Below, piece after piece: positions 43,003-58,870 of a DNA stretch of 64,000 nucleotides. The DNA comes from the human T2T-CHM13v2.0 reference genome, Homo sapiens. Under the pieces are notes generated by a model that made no database searches, had not been told where the DNA came from, and saw only the letters and a list, made by a program, of their open reading frames with translations. The stretch lies in the NCBI RefSeq assembly GCF_009914755.1, contig NC_060926.1; one strand, given 5' to 3'. Positions within the stretch are counted from its first letter, which is position 1. Each line of letters begins with the position of its first letter. The translations under genes and the position numbers were made by a program.

Positions 43003-44248
43003 CTTTGCCCCCGCCGACGCGGCTTTTTGCCGCCATGGATTTTTGCCCCCGCTGCTGCGGGTTTTTGCGGCTTTATGCCTCCGCCGCCTCGACTTTTTGC
43101 CCCCGCCTCCGTTGCTTTCTGCCCCGGCCACCACGGCTTTCTGCCCCCGGCCTCGCGGAATTTAGCCCCTGCTGCCGCGGCTTTTTGGGGATCTTTGCCC
43201 TCGCAGCCGCGGCTTTTTGCCGCCGCAGCTTTTTGCGTCTTTCTCCCCCCACCGCCGCGGCTTTTTGCGGCTTTTTTCCCCCTGCCGCTGCAGCTTTTTG
43301 CCCCCGCCACCGCGACTTTTTCCGCCGCGGCTTTTTGCCACCGCCGCCGCGGCTTTTTATGACTTTTGGCCCCCGGCGCCGTGGCTTTTTACGGCTTTTC
43401 GCCCCCGCCGCCGCAGGTTTTTCCCGCCGCGGCTTCTTGCCCCCGCCGCCCCGGCTTTTTGCGGCTTTTTGCCGCCGCGGCTTTTGGCCCCCGCCGCCGC
43501 GACTTTTTTCCCCTGTCGCCGCAGGTTTCTCCTGCCCCGGCTTCTTGCCCCCACCGCCCGGGCTTTTTGCCCCCACCGCCGCGGCTATTTGCGGCTATTT
43601 GCACCTGCCACCGCGGAGTTTTGCCCCGTATGCGGCTTCCTGCCCCCGCCGCCGCGGGTTTTTATCACCCCCGCCGCTTTTTGCCCCCGCCGCCGCGGGT
43701 TTTTGCCCCCGCCCCCGTTGCTTTTTACCCCCGCCGCTGCGGCTTTCTGCCCCTGCCGACGAGGGTTTTTGCGGCTTTATATCCCCGCTGTCGTGGCTTT
43801 TTGCCGCCGTGGCTTTTTGCCCCCTCAGCCGTGGTTTTTTGCGGCTTTTGGCACCCGTCGCCGCCGCTTTTTGGGGCTTTTGGTGCCCGCCGCCGCGGCT
43901 TTTTTCCCCCGCCGCCGCAGATTTTTCCCGCCGCGGCTTTTTGCCGCCCCTGCTTTTTGCCCCCCTCCCCCCGCAGCCGCTTTCTGCCCCCGCCGCCGCA
44001 TCTTTTTGCCGCCGCGGCTTTTTGCCCCCGCCGTCGCGGCTTTTTGCCCCCAATGCTGCGGCTTTTTACGGCTTTTTGTGCCCATCACCGTAGCTTTTTG
44101 CCTCCGCCACCACAGCTTTTTGCCTCCGCCACCGCGGCTTTTTGACCCCGCCGCCATGGCTTGTTGCCCCCGTCGCCCTGGCCTTTTCCCCCACCGCCCC
44201 GGCTTTTTGCGCCCACCGCTGCAGTTTTTTGCCCCCACCGCCGCGGGT
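43003..44248. repeat. GC-rich pericentromeric minisatellite (GCTTTTTGC / GGGCAAAAAGCCG type)
   Basis: Units gcccccgccgccgcggcttttt (22 bp), gccgccgcggcttttt (16 bp) and gcggcttttt (10 bp); the + strand is nearly A-free. This repeat class is known from pericentromeric duplicon boundaries. Confidence 0.92.
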
Positions 44249-44398
44249 CTGAGGGCTGGATCCGCAGACTTGGCTGCCAGCTCTACCGGCGTCCTGACTA
44301 AGGCAGCGCCAAGGGGCGCTCCTGGTCCAGCTCTCCCGAATCAGGGGTTCCTTGCCTAGACGCCGGCGCCCAGGGCTCCGCTCCTGGGCTGCTGCAGC

Positions 44399-44629
44399 CC
44401 GCATAGAGCGGCGCTGCGCTCGGCTGCAATGGGAGAGAAGAAGGAGGGCAGTGGCGGGGGTGACGCGGCTATCGCGTAGGGAGGCACAGGGGCCGCGGCC
44501 AGCCGGGCGCTGCAGCAGTGCGGGCAGCTCCAGAAGCTCATCGGCATCTCCGTTGGCAGCCTGCGCGGGCTGCGCACCAAGTGCGCTGTGTCCAAGGACC
44601 TCACCCAGCAGGAGATACGGACCCTGGAG
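44399..44629 (+). pseudogene. KSR1: Unprocessed KSR1 exon-1 pseudogene (N-terminal CC-SAM coiled-coil part)
   Basis: Translates [76 protein letters not shown] versus recalled KSR1 [77 protein letters not shown]. Start codon replaced by CCG, TAG at 44477-44479, donor GAG|GTAAG at 44630. No further KSR1 exon recognised. Confidence 0.95.
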
Positions 44630-44914
44630 GTAAGGGGGTCAGGGACCAGGGCTGGGCTCCAGCACCAGACTGGACACCTCCATCTGGGCCCCAGTTCACT
44701 CCTGGCCGAGTTGCATCCTTGAGCCCACGTCGCCCCTTTGGAGGCTTCTCCTCCCTCCTGCACTCGCTGATGCGGCAGCCGGAGGACCTGGGACCAGCCC
44801 TCACCTTGGGCAGGATTTGTGGAGCGGTTGCGTGTTGGGAACTGTGATGGATGCTCAAGGGGCCCATGGGCGGGGTGGGCTGCACGCGGACATCCCCTTA
44901 CCCCCTGAATTGCC

Positions 44915-45060
44915 ATCTGGTCCAGCCCTCTCATCTTGTAGGTGAGGAAACCGAAGGCCTGAGGGAGAAATGACTTGCCAGGAACCCCTGTTAAGGAGAA
45001 TTAACAAAGAGTGGTTATTAAAGGAGCACTGAGTTGGGAGTCAGACCTGGAGGCCCGCAC
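44915..45060 (-). mobile_element. MIR fragment
   Basis: ccagccctctcatcttgtaggtgaggaaaccgaaggcctgagggagaaatgacttgcc is the antisense MIR core. Confidence 0.7.
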
Positions 45061-45453
45061 CCTTGGTTAAGACATTATAACACCTTGAGTCTGGCCTGTT
45101 GACTGAGGGTGAGCCACTCCATCCTCGTCTGATTGTGGGGTCTTGACCTCAAGGGGTTTCCTGCAGGAAGAAGCAAATGGGTTTGCCTCCCTAGCTCTGT
45201 CCAGTACCTTAGGGACCCTGAGAACTAGAGAGATTCTTGGAGAGCCATCTGGTGTATGTCATGGGTGGGCCTTGTTTGAAGGTCAGTCTGCCCAGTGGGC
45301 TGGCTCAGCCCGAATGAACTCTCTTGAATCTTTGGAGTTTTCTGTGTACTTTTAAGGGTTTCTCATCCTTGCACCAAAAGATCTCCTGGAAATTAGGTGG
45401 GAAAACCTTAACTTTTGTGGGGCCTTGTGTTTGTCTTAAAAGTTCATGCACAT

Positions 45454-45731
45454 GGCCAGGTGTGGTGGCTCACGCCTGTTATCCTGTCCTGGATCACTTG
45501 AGTCAAGGAGTTTGAGACCAATCTGGACAACATAGTGAGACCCCGTCTCTACAAAAAAAAAAAAAAAAATAGTAGCCAGGGGTGGTTGTGCACATCTGTA
45601 GTCCTACCTACTACTGTGGCTGAGGAGGGAGGAGCACTTGAGCCTGCACTGAGCTGTGATCTCACCAGTGTATTCCAGCCTGGGCCACACAGCAACACCT
45701 TGACTCAAAAAAGAAAAACCAACAAGAAAAA
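45454..45731 (+). mobile_element. Alu (AluJ-like) with internal deletions
   Basis: ggccaggtgtggtggctcacgcctg...ggatcacttgagtcaaggagtttgagacc...A-linker...ccagcctggg plus A-rich tail. Confidence 0.9.
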
Positions 45732-45839
45732 TTCTTGAAGATTTTACATTCTGTCTCACTATCGATTGGTTTTCATGTCAAGATAATGTCAGAAATTCTT
45801 TACAATTGCTTCCAGAAGGAGTAGCCTTTTGATCTAGTG

Positions 45840-46031
45840 CACAGGTGTCCAGTCTTTTGGCTTCTCAGGGCCACATTGGAAGAAGAATGCTCCTGGGCCA
45901 CAGATAAAATACACTACTGCTAATGATAGCTGAGGAGCTTAAAGAAAAAAAGGTTTGTGCATAATTTTCATGATACCCACCACCACAGATAGGCTGAAAA
46001 GTCCTTGTAGTCAAAGGGTTGGACACAGCTG
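45840..46031. mobile_element. MER30-type hAT element with a perfect 8-bp target-site duplication
   Basis: cacaggtgtccagtcttttggcttctcagggccacattggaagaagaa...gggttggacacagctg; atctagtg flanks both sides (45832-45839, 46032-46039). Confidence 0.88.
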
Positions 46032-46395
46032 ATCTAGTGTCTTGTCGTCCGTTTTGACTTTCTCCCTGACTCCAGAATGCAGGTAGAGGTGTAGAGACGT
46101 GCTCTCAGGACAGGTGTTGAGATAAAAAAATTCGTTGTCATTTATTCCCAAGGACAGCTGTTTGTCATTTGTATTGAAAAAGTTTCCATTCAAACCGCTG
46201 TCACATATAAAATCTATTTATATGTCTGTATGTTTCTGTTGTCTTGGCTTTTGTGGGCAGCAGTGTGTTTTAATGGAGCAAACTGTCCTTCCAAATAATG
46301 AAGCCGAAGTCAGCCTACCTGCTTGCCATTTTTCTTCCCCTTCCATTTTTCTAACCTCAGGATAATTGTAAGAATGAATTAAGATTTGTGTTTAA

Positions 46396-46538
46396 GGCCA
46401 GGCACAGTGTCTCAGGCCTGTAATCTCAGCACTTTGGGAGGCAGAGACGGATGTATCGCTTGAGCTCAGGAGTTGAAGACCAGCCTTGGCAACATACTGA
46501 GACTCTGTCTTGTATAATTAAATTAATATTTAAAAAAA
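46396..46538 (+). mobile_element. FLAM / Alu monomer
   Basis: ggccaggcacagtgtctcaggcctgtaatctcagcactttgggagg...cttgagctcaggagttgaagaccagcc...gagactctgtct. Confidence 0.85.
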
Positions 46539-47414
46539 GGAAAGAAAAGGACCAGTGTTTAAAATTTAAAAAAAAGGGGGGGAAAGTATAATGCAAAATG
46601 TGGACTATGCTAGCTATGATTGGGAAAAATAATTTTTCATACAGCATTATCTGTTGACTTGTATTAGCAGCACACTGGTCATAAGCGTTTTGCTTTCATC
46701 AAATATGAGGTAAGCTACTTTAAAGTGTGGTGGGGCTTTCTTCCGCATGGCTCCTGGAGGTGTTGAGTCCCAATTTAGCCAATTAATTGGGGTTTAGTTT
46801 TGATATGGATAAGGGAGACCGGCTTCATTCATGATGCACACACAGTTTTGCCAGTAAGGAAAAAAAACGCAACCTGAATGTTTCTACTCATTAGATGCTA
46901 TCTGGAGAGCTCCTACCCCAATGCCACAAAGGCCCAGGCCCTTAAAAAGACTCAATGCAGCCTTTGTGTGTCTCATACTGTATTCTGCAAGATACTCCTG
47001 TGAAAGAAATTTGTGCTGCATCAGCCATCTCCCTCCTGAAGATCCCTGCGGATGACGATTTGTGTTTTAAAGGTTCTGAGAAGTCCTGCAAAAACAGTTC
47101 TCAAACTTATTTGTCCAGGGGATCTTTTCTTCCACTGAACATAGTTGGGTAGACACGGCCTTAAGCCTTGAGCAGAGAAAGAGACAAGAAACTGTTGGCT
47201 CACTTACAACCAAGTGTTGTGTTTATGTTTTAGGTTTTTATGAAACTGAGGTGCTGTTTGAGGTTCTGAATCAAATTGGGTGGTTGAAGAGAGGCTGGTA
47301 TACCTGTAGACTTAGCCAGCCATGAGAGGTTGACTTCTGTTGAAGGAGGTGTTTTACAAAGGGAAATAGGGTGTCTCCTGGGCATCACATTAGCACTTAA
47401 ATACATGTATCACC

Positions 47415-47961
47415 GAAATGAAATGAAATGAAATGATGAAATGATGACATGAAATGAAATGAAATGATGAAATGATGAAACGAAATGATGAAATGAAGAA
47501 ATGAAATGAAATGACAAAATGATGAAATGAAATGAAATGATGAGATGAGATGAAATGGTGAAATGAAATGAAATGCTGAAATGAAATGAAATGATGAAAT
47601 GATGAAATGGAATGATGAAATGAAATGATGAAATGGTGAAATGAAATGAGGAAATGAAATGAAATGCTGAAATGAAATGATGAAGTGAAATGGTGAAATG
47701 AAATGAAATGAAATGATGAAATGAAATGAAAAGATGAAATGATGAAATGGAATGATGAAATGGAATGATGAAATGAAATGATGAAATGGTGAAATGAAAT
47801 GAGGAAATGAAATGAAATGCTGAAATGAAATGATGAAGTGAAATGGTGAAATGAAATGAAATGATGAAATGAAATGAAAAGATGAAATGATGAAATGAAG
47901 AAATGGTATGAAATGATGAAATGAAATGACAAAATGAAGTGAAATGATGAAATAATGAAAT
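47415..47961. repeat. (GAAAT)n array interrupted by GAT triplets, with an internal duplication of about 150 bp
   Basis: Direct reading; the variant gaggaaatg occurs at 47648 and 47801, and aaaagatg in both copies. Confidence 0.97.
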
Positions 47962-48161
47962 GAGGGGTGGAGCCAAGATGGCTGAATAGGAACAGCTCTG
48001 GTCTACAGCTCCCAGCGTGAGCGACGCAGAAGACGGGTGATTTCTGCATTTCCATCTGAGGTACCGGGTTCATCTCACTAAGGGAGTGCCAAACAGTGGG
48101 TGCAGGACAGTGGATGCAGTGCACCATGTGGGAGCCGAAGCAGGGAGAGGCATTGCCTCAC

Positions 48162-48416
48162 TCAGAAAGCACAAGGGGTCAGGGAGTTCCCTTTCCTAGT
48201 CAAAGAAAGGGGTGACAGACTGCACCTGGAAAATAGGGTCACTCTCAACCTAATACTGTACTTTTCCAACAGGCTTGGAAAACAGCACACCAGGAGATTG
48301 TGTCCCGCACCTGGCTCAGAGGGTCTTATGCCAATGGAGTCTTGCTGATTGCTAGCACAGCACTCTGAGATCAAACTGCAAGGCAGCAGCGAGGCTGGTG
48401 GAGTGGGACCCGCCAT
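48162..48416 (-). CDS. LINE-1 antisense ORF0, open, 84 aa
   Basis: MAGPTPPASLLPCSLISECCASNQQDSIGIRPSEPGAG... matches recalled ORF0p MAGAPPPASLPPCSLISDCCASNQRDSVGVGPSEPGVG. ATG at 48416 sits in a gcaATGg context. Expression unknown. Confidence 0.65.
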   Translation of the reverse strand: MAGPTPPASLLPCSLISECCASNQQDSIGIRPSEPGAGHNLLVCCFPSLLEKYSIRLRVTLFSRCSLSPLSLTRKGNSLTPCAF

Positions 48417-48992
48417 TGCCCAGGCTTTCTTAGGTAAACAAAGCAGCCAGGCAGCTGGAACTGGGTGGAGCCCACAACAGCTCCAGGAGGCCTGCCTGCC
48501 TCTGTAGGCTCCACCTCTGGGGGCAGGGCACAGACACACAAAAAGTCAGCAGTAACCTCTGCAGACTTAAATGTCCCTGTCTGACAACTTTGAAGAGAGT
48601 AGTGGTTCTCCCAGCACGCAACTGGAGATCTGAGAATGGGCAGACTGCCTCCTAAAGTGGGTCACTGAACCCCAAGCAGCCCAACTGGGAGGCACCCTCC
48701 AGTAGGGACAGACTGACACCTCACTCGGCCGGGTAGTCCTCTGAGACCAAACTTCCAGAGGAATGATCAGATAGCTGAATTTGTGATTCACGAAAATCCG
48801 CTGTTCTGCAGCCACCGCTGCTGATACCCAGGCAAACAGGATCTGGCGTGGACCTCTAGAAAACTCCAACAGACCTGCAGCTGAGGGTCGTGTCTGTTAG
48901 AAGGAAAACTGACAAACAGAAAGGACACCCACACCAAAAACCCATCTGTACATCACCATCATCAAAGACCAAAAGTTGATAAAACCACAAAG

Positions 48993-49999
48993 ATAGGGAG
49001 AAAACAGAAAAACTGGAAACTCTAAAAAGCAGAGTGCCTCTCCTTCTCCAAAGGAACGCAGTTCCTCACCAGCAACAAAACTGGACAGAGAATAACTTTG
49101 ATGATTTGAGAGAAGAAGGCTTCAGATGATCAAACTACTGTGAGCTACAGGAGGAAATTCAAACCAATAGCAAAGAAGTTAAAAACTTTGAAAAACAATT
49201 AGACGAGTGTATAACTGGAATAACCAATGCAGACAAATGCTTAAAGGATCTGATGGAGCTGAAAGCCAAGTTTCGAGAACTACGTGAAGAAGGCAGAAGC
49301 CTCAGGAGCCAATGCAATCAACTGGAAGAAAAGGTATCAGTGATGGAAGATGAAATGAATGAAATGAAGGGAGAAGGGAAGTTTAGAGAAAAAAGAATAA
49401 GAAGAAATGAACAAAGCCTCCAGGAATTATGGGACTATGTGAAAAGACCAAACCTACGTCTGATTGGTGTAGCTGAAAGTGACGGGGAGAATGGAACTAA
49501 GTTGGAAAACACTCTGCAAGATATTATCCAGGAGGACTTCCCCAATCTAGTAAGGCAGGCCAACATTCAGATTCAGGAAACACAGAGAACGCCACAAGGA
49601 TACTCCTTAAGAAGAGGAACTCCAAGACACATAATTGTCAAATTCACCAAAGATGAAATGAAGGAAAAAATGTTAAGGGCAGCCAGAGAGAAAGGTCCGG
49701 TTACCCACAAAGGGAAGCCCATCAGACTAACAGCTGATCTCTCAGCAGAAACTCTTCAAGCCAGAAGAGAGTGGGGGCCAATATTCAACATTCTTAAAGA
49801 AAGTAATTTTCAACCCAGAATTTCATATCCAGCCAAACTAAGCTTCATAAGTGAAGGAGAAATAAAATCCTTTACAGACAAGCAAATGCTCAGAAATTTT
49901 ATCACCACCAGGCCTGCCCTAAAAGAGCTCCTGAAGGAAGCACTAAACATGGAAAGGAACAACTGGTACCAGCCACTGCGAAAACATGCCAAATTGTAA
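48993..49999 (+). pseudogene. L1 ORF1, disrupted
   Basis: Start codon is ATA (48993), small deletions, TGA at 49127-49129. The C-terminal 248 aa are open (WDYVKRPNLRLIG, AARE.., YPAKLSF). Confidence 0.92.
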
Positions 50000-50062
50000 A
50001 GACCATCAAGACTAGGAAGAAACTGCATCAACTAACGAGCAAAATAACCAGCTAACATCATA

Positions 50063-53882
<3,820 letters not shown>

Positions 53883-54149
53883 ACAATGAGAACACACGGA
53901 CACAGGAAGGGGTACATCACACTTCGGGGACTGTTGTGGGGTGGGGGGAGTGGGGAGGGATAGCATTAGGAGATATACCTAATGCTAAATGACGAGTTAA
54001 TGGGTGCAGCACAGCAACATGGCACATGAACCCTTATGTTAAAAACCTGCACATTGTGCACATGTATCCTAAAACTTAAGGTATAATAATAAAATAAAAT
54101 AAAATAAAACAAAATATACACTAATACACATTAACCAACTTAAAAAAAT

Positions 54150-56420
54150 AGTAGAGAAAGGTCATTTAAAAAATATGAAGGATAGAGTAATAATCTAACA
54201 CGTTGAAATCTAAGAAGGAGAAAACAGCTTGTCTGAACAGCATTTTAAGTGGCAATGTTAGAGGTTTTATCAAAATTGACCAATAATATTAAACCTCAGG
54301 TTCAGGAGACTTTTCAAAGCAAAGGAAAACACACACAGAGGACACATCTAGAAACATAATGGGGCAATTTCTGAAAAGTAAAAGAAAAATGTAAAGAGCA
54401 CTTGATAAAAAAAAAAAATTGGACTAACTACAAAGAGAAAGAGTTGACTGATAACAACTTTCTCAAATGAAACAACGAAAGCCAACAAGTGAGGTACTGA
54501 TATCTTTCAAGTCCTGAAATAAAATAAGTGCTGACCTAGAACTGTCTACTTGGTGGACATATCCATCAAAACAAAGATACAATAAAGAATTTCTCCCAAG
54601 CAGACACACAGGAAAAGAAATACTAAACATTATTCTTCAGGTAGAAGAGCCATGATCCCTGATGAAAATTTGCATTTAGAAGAACAATTTTTTTAATGAA
54701 AGAAATAAACATAGAGAGAAATTTAATTGGATATCGACTGTATAACAGAATGCTATCTCATAAAGTTTAAAATATATCTTCCGTACAATGGCAGAAGCAT
54801 ATAAGTTGTGAGTTGGATAAATTAATTTTAAAATATTGTCAAGTTTTTTTTTTTTTTTTTTTTTTTTTTTGCAAATAGACAAATGGACCAATTACATTAG
54901 ACCCTGAATCCAAGAATACACGTTGTATTAAACCAGGTAAAATATAACCAGACCAGATTTTTTAAATGGACTCTCTTAAAGTTTTTATAATTTATATTCA
55001 TATTTCACATATGTTGAAAGTAAATAATGGAAAAGCATGCAATGCAAATATTAACCAAAATATAGCTTTAGTTGTACTTATATTCACATTTTAAAAGTTG
55101 GACACAGTTAAGTCTCAGTGATTTTTTTACACAACGGAGGCAAGCTGTGCAGTTTTAACTAGTATTATATTATGCTCTTGGCCTGATTACAGAAGGGAAA
55201 GGGGAGATCATACCAGACAATGGCAGAATGAAGCAACAAGGAGTAGAGTTACAGAACATGATGCTGTAACTTGGACTGGAGTTACTCTTTTCGAGTTAAA
55301 GAATAGTAAACAGGACAAAATATATGAAACATTTTTTTGAAGTACTGAACATCGGCAGCGCAGGACTGTGCTCTGCAAGAGAAGAGAAGGAGCCAGAATG
55401 AGTCCTGCATTATTCCCAGATTCTCCGTGACAGCAGTAGAGAAGAATCCCAGAGACAGCAGACATTGTCATTGCACTGAGGAACCAGATAAAAATCAAAA
55501 AAGGTTAAGTAGCTGGAATGTGTAGTAGAAGAGAACGTTTACAGAAAAAGGAACCAAGAATCAGCCTAAGGATTCTCCCAAGTCCCTAAGCCAAATGTAC
55601 ATAGGATGAAATTCTAAGGAGCTCAGCAAAAGACTCTACCAGGGAGTTGGAAGAAGAACACTTCCCTGGCATCACATGACAGGAAGACACGTTAGTTGTG
55701 ACCAGCCAGAGATGGGAATCCCCTCTGTACCTCCAGGATATTCAGTAAAGACCACTGGAGGTTCATGCCCTAGTGACAGTGCTCATTTAGCTCCAAATTA
55801 CAGATGGCTCTAGACTAACTCAACAAATTTTAAAGAGGAGATTTAAAGCAACAACAGAAAAATACTCATCCTGAAGTTACTGAACTGCCTGCCACAACAT
55901 TGTTCAAAGGTAGCCAATCAAATCTAGATATTCAATAGCATAACACCAAAATACCCCCCCCAAAAAAAACTCTGACATGCAAAGAAGCCGTAAGATATAT
56001 ATAATTAAGATATATATTAACAGGATAAAAATAAGTCATTTATAAATGACAGAAAAGAAGGAAATTTCAAGGTCCTTAAAGTAAATATATTTTATAAATA
56101 CATATAGATAAATACATATATATGTCAAGGTACTTAAATGAAAATTGAACATAGGAGAAAAATAGAAGTTATAAAATGAAAAATATGACATGTATAGATG
56201 AAAAATAAATATTTTAAATAAAAATTCCATGAGATAGAATAAGTAATGGATTTTACCCTAACATCAGAAAATTTATAGAACAAAATAGAAGCTTTACAAA
56301 CTAAAGGACAAAGGGTAAACTAAAATAAGAAAGCCAGAAACTCACTGATACGTCAGACAATATGCAGCAGTGTAACATACATGTAATTAATATCTCAAAA
56401 AGGATGGGTGGGGGAATTAC
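54150..56420 (+). mobile_element. Ancient L1 (L1M/ME) ORF1 and 5'-region fragments, including a T27 run at 54844-54870
   Basis: acatctagaaacataat, caactttctcaaatgaaacaacgaaagcca, gatatctttcaagtcctgaa and acctagaactgtcta are ORF1-like motifs; boundaries uncertain. Confidence 0.5.
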
Positions 56421-56489
56421 AGGTGAATAAAGAATGGTACACTCATTCCTGAGGGCACCGAGGAGGGAGGATAGCTTTAGATTCCTAAG

Positions 56490-56615
56490 GGAGGGTATTA
56501 TCCATTCATGAAGGTCGAACCCCATGACCAAACACCTCCCAGTAAGCCCCACCTGCAATATTGGGGATCAAATTTTAACCTGAGATTGGAAGGGGCAAGC
56601 ATTCAAACCATAGCA
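56490..56615 (-). mobile_element. MST-type MaLR LTR fragment
   Basis: cccatgaccaaacacctcccagtaagccccacctgcaatattggggatcaaattttaacctgagattggaaggggcaagcattcaaaccatagca. Confidence 0.8.
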
Positions 56616-58019
56616 AGAGTTAAATTTCCTTTTAAAAAAAATCACCGATATGATTCCATTTCGCCATAGATAAAAGCTAGTATTTCAGCCTACCATTGAG
56701 TGTGCTTATAGCTCACCAAAAGGGCACTCTGTCTCGGGAATACAGATTTGCCTAGAGGTATCCTGTTGCAGTCAAAGAAAGAGCATTGAGGGATAGAAAA
56801 GGTTAGTGATGGAGACACCAGCGCTGCATTTTGCAACAAACAATGTAAAAACTTTACGGATTGGTTCTGCTAACTTACTACAGTTTACATTCCTCTCATG
56901 TGGGAGAATTGTTGCGTTTTTTCTTAAGTTAGAAAAGCAATTCAGATAATCTGAAATCTCCACAAGAAGGATAAGAAGCACAGCAGAAACTATTCCAGGC
57001 AGGAAGTCAGTCCTTTCAACTGTCTGTGCTCCATAGAAACAATTGTCTGCACTGGGAGTCATATGAGGTACAGACAACAGCCAGACCTCTGATCCTCTCA
57101 TTAGCAATTTCAGAAGAAATTACCAGTCAACTGAGTAATTCACTGAGTTAAGTAAACATTTGGCACTGAAAGAGGTTAGACGGATAACTATTTGTATCAC
57201 CATATTCATGAAGCTGGAATATTTTCCATTACTGGTATCACATCCGAATGGAAGATGTTAAAAGGTCTCTCATCTTGTAAGATGGATATGAAAGAACATT
57301 TTCTGAGAAATGAAATTATTAACACACCTGCGAGGTGGATGGAAGAGAAAAAAAAGAATAAGCAGCTTGAGTTCTTCTCCTTGATAAGACAACTCACTAA
57401 AAACATAAAGAGAAAAATACAAGTTTAAAACAATTAACCAGAAGAAGACGACTCTAGAGTTTTTAAATTGTTGATAAGATTTTAATTTGCTCCAAGTTGA
57501 AAATAATTATATTCCTTGTGTTTTAAGGCACATGATGAGCAATTACATCACACATGATAGTTTCAGCAGTAAAATAGTATCCGTTAACAGCTGGAACTCA
57601 TAAAAGCATAGCACAATGTGAAGATGGAATTTGCTAAAATAAACCATCTGCTGAAAACTACTATTCTGCACATTTAAAAGTAAAGTCTAAATGTTATTTG
57701 TCTCATTTAATAGGTCTGTGAAAAAATGCGCTATTTGAAAAGTAGGTGCTACCTTAATTAATTCTTTATATTAGATGGCTGGTTACAGTAATGCACAGTG
57801 AGGTGCTACATAGATATATTGCTAAATTTTCTGCATATACTATGTATTTGGCTTAAATTATTTGAAATTTTATAGTTAAAATAACAAATGTATATTTAAA
57901 TGTTTTGACACAAATTGCAAATATACCTTTAAAAAGAGTCTTACACTCTAAATATTATTTGTCACCTACATATTTGTCTTTTCTCTATAGGAAATTTTAA
58001 ATTTTTCCCTTGAAGCTTT

Positions 58020-58870
<851 letters not shown>

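Larger units (their letters stand above)
43003..44900. promoter_or_regulatory. CpG-island-like region over the minisatellite and KSR1-derived exon 1
   Basis: Very high GC and CpG density compared with CpG-poor flanks; promoter activity is not shown. Confidence 0.6.

Noticed and set aside
42867-44404. Long ORFs (372, 380, 259 aa) over the GC-rich array
   Set aside because: The + strand has almost no A, so stops cannot form; all frames are open and low-complexity.
44352-44934. ORFs 44352..44633, 44356..44934, 44518..44847 and 44601..44885
   Set aside because: Off-frame or antisense shadows of the GC-rich KSR1 pseudo-exon; the homologous frame contains a stop.
57328-57420. Minus-strand splice-like signals (polypyrimidine+CAG at about 57329, GTGAGT at 57397)
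   Set aside because: No recognisable coding exon or partner exons; could be lncRNA sites but cannot be supported from sequence alone.
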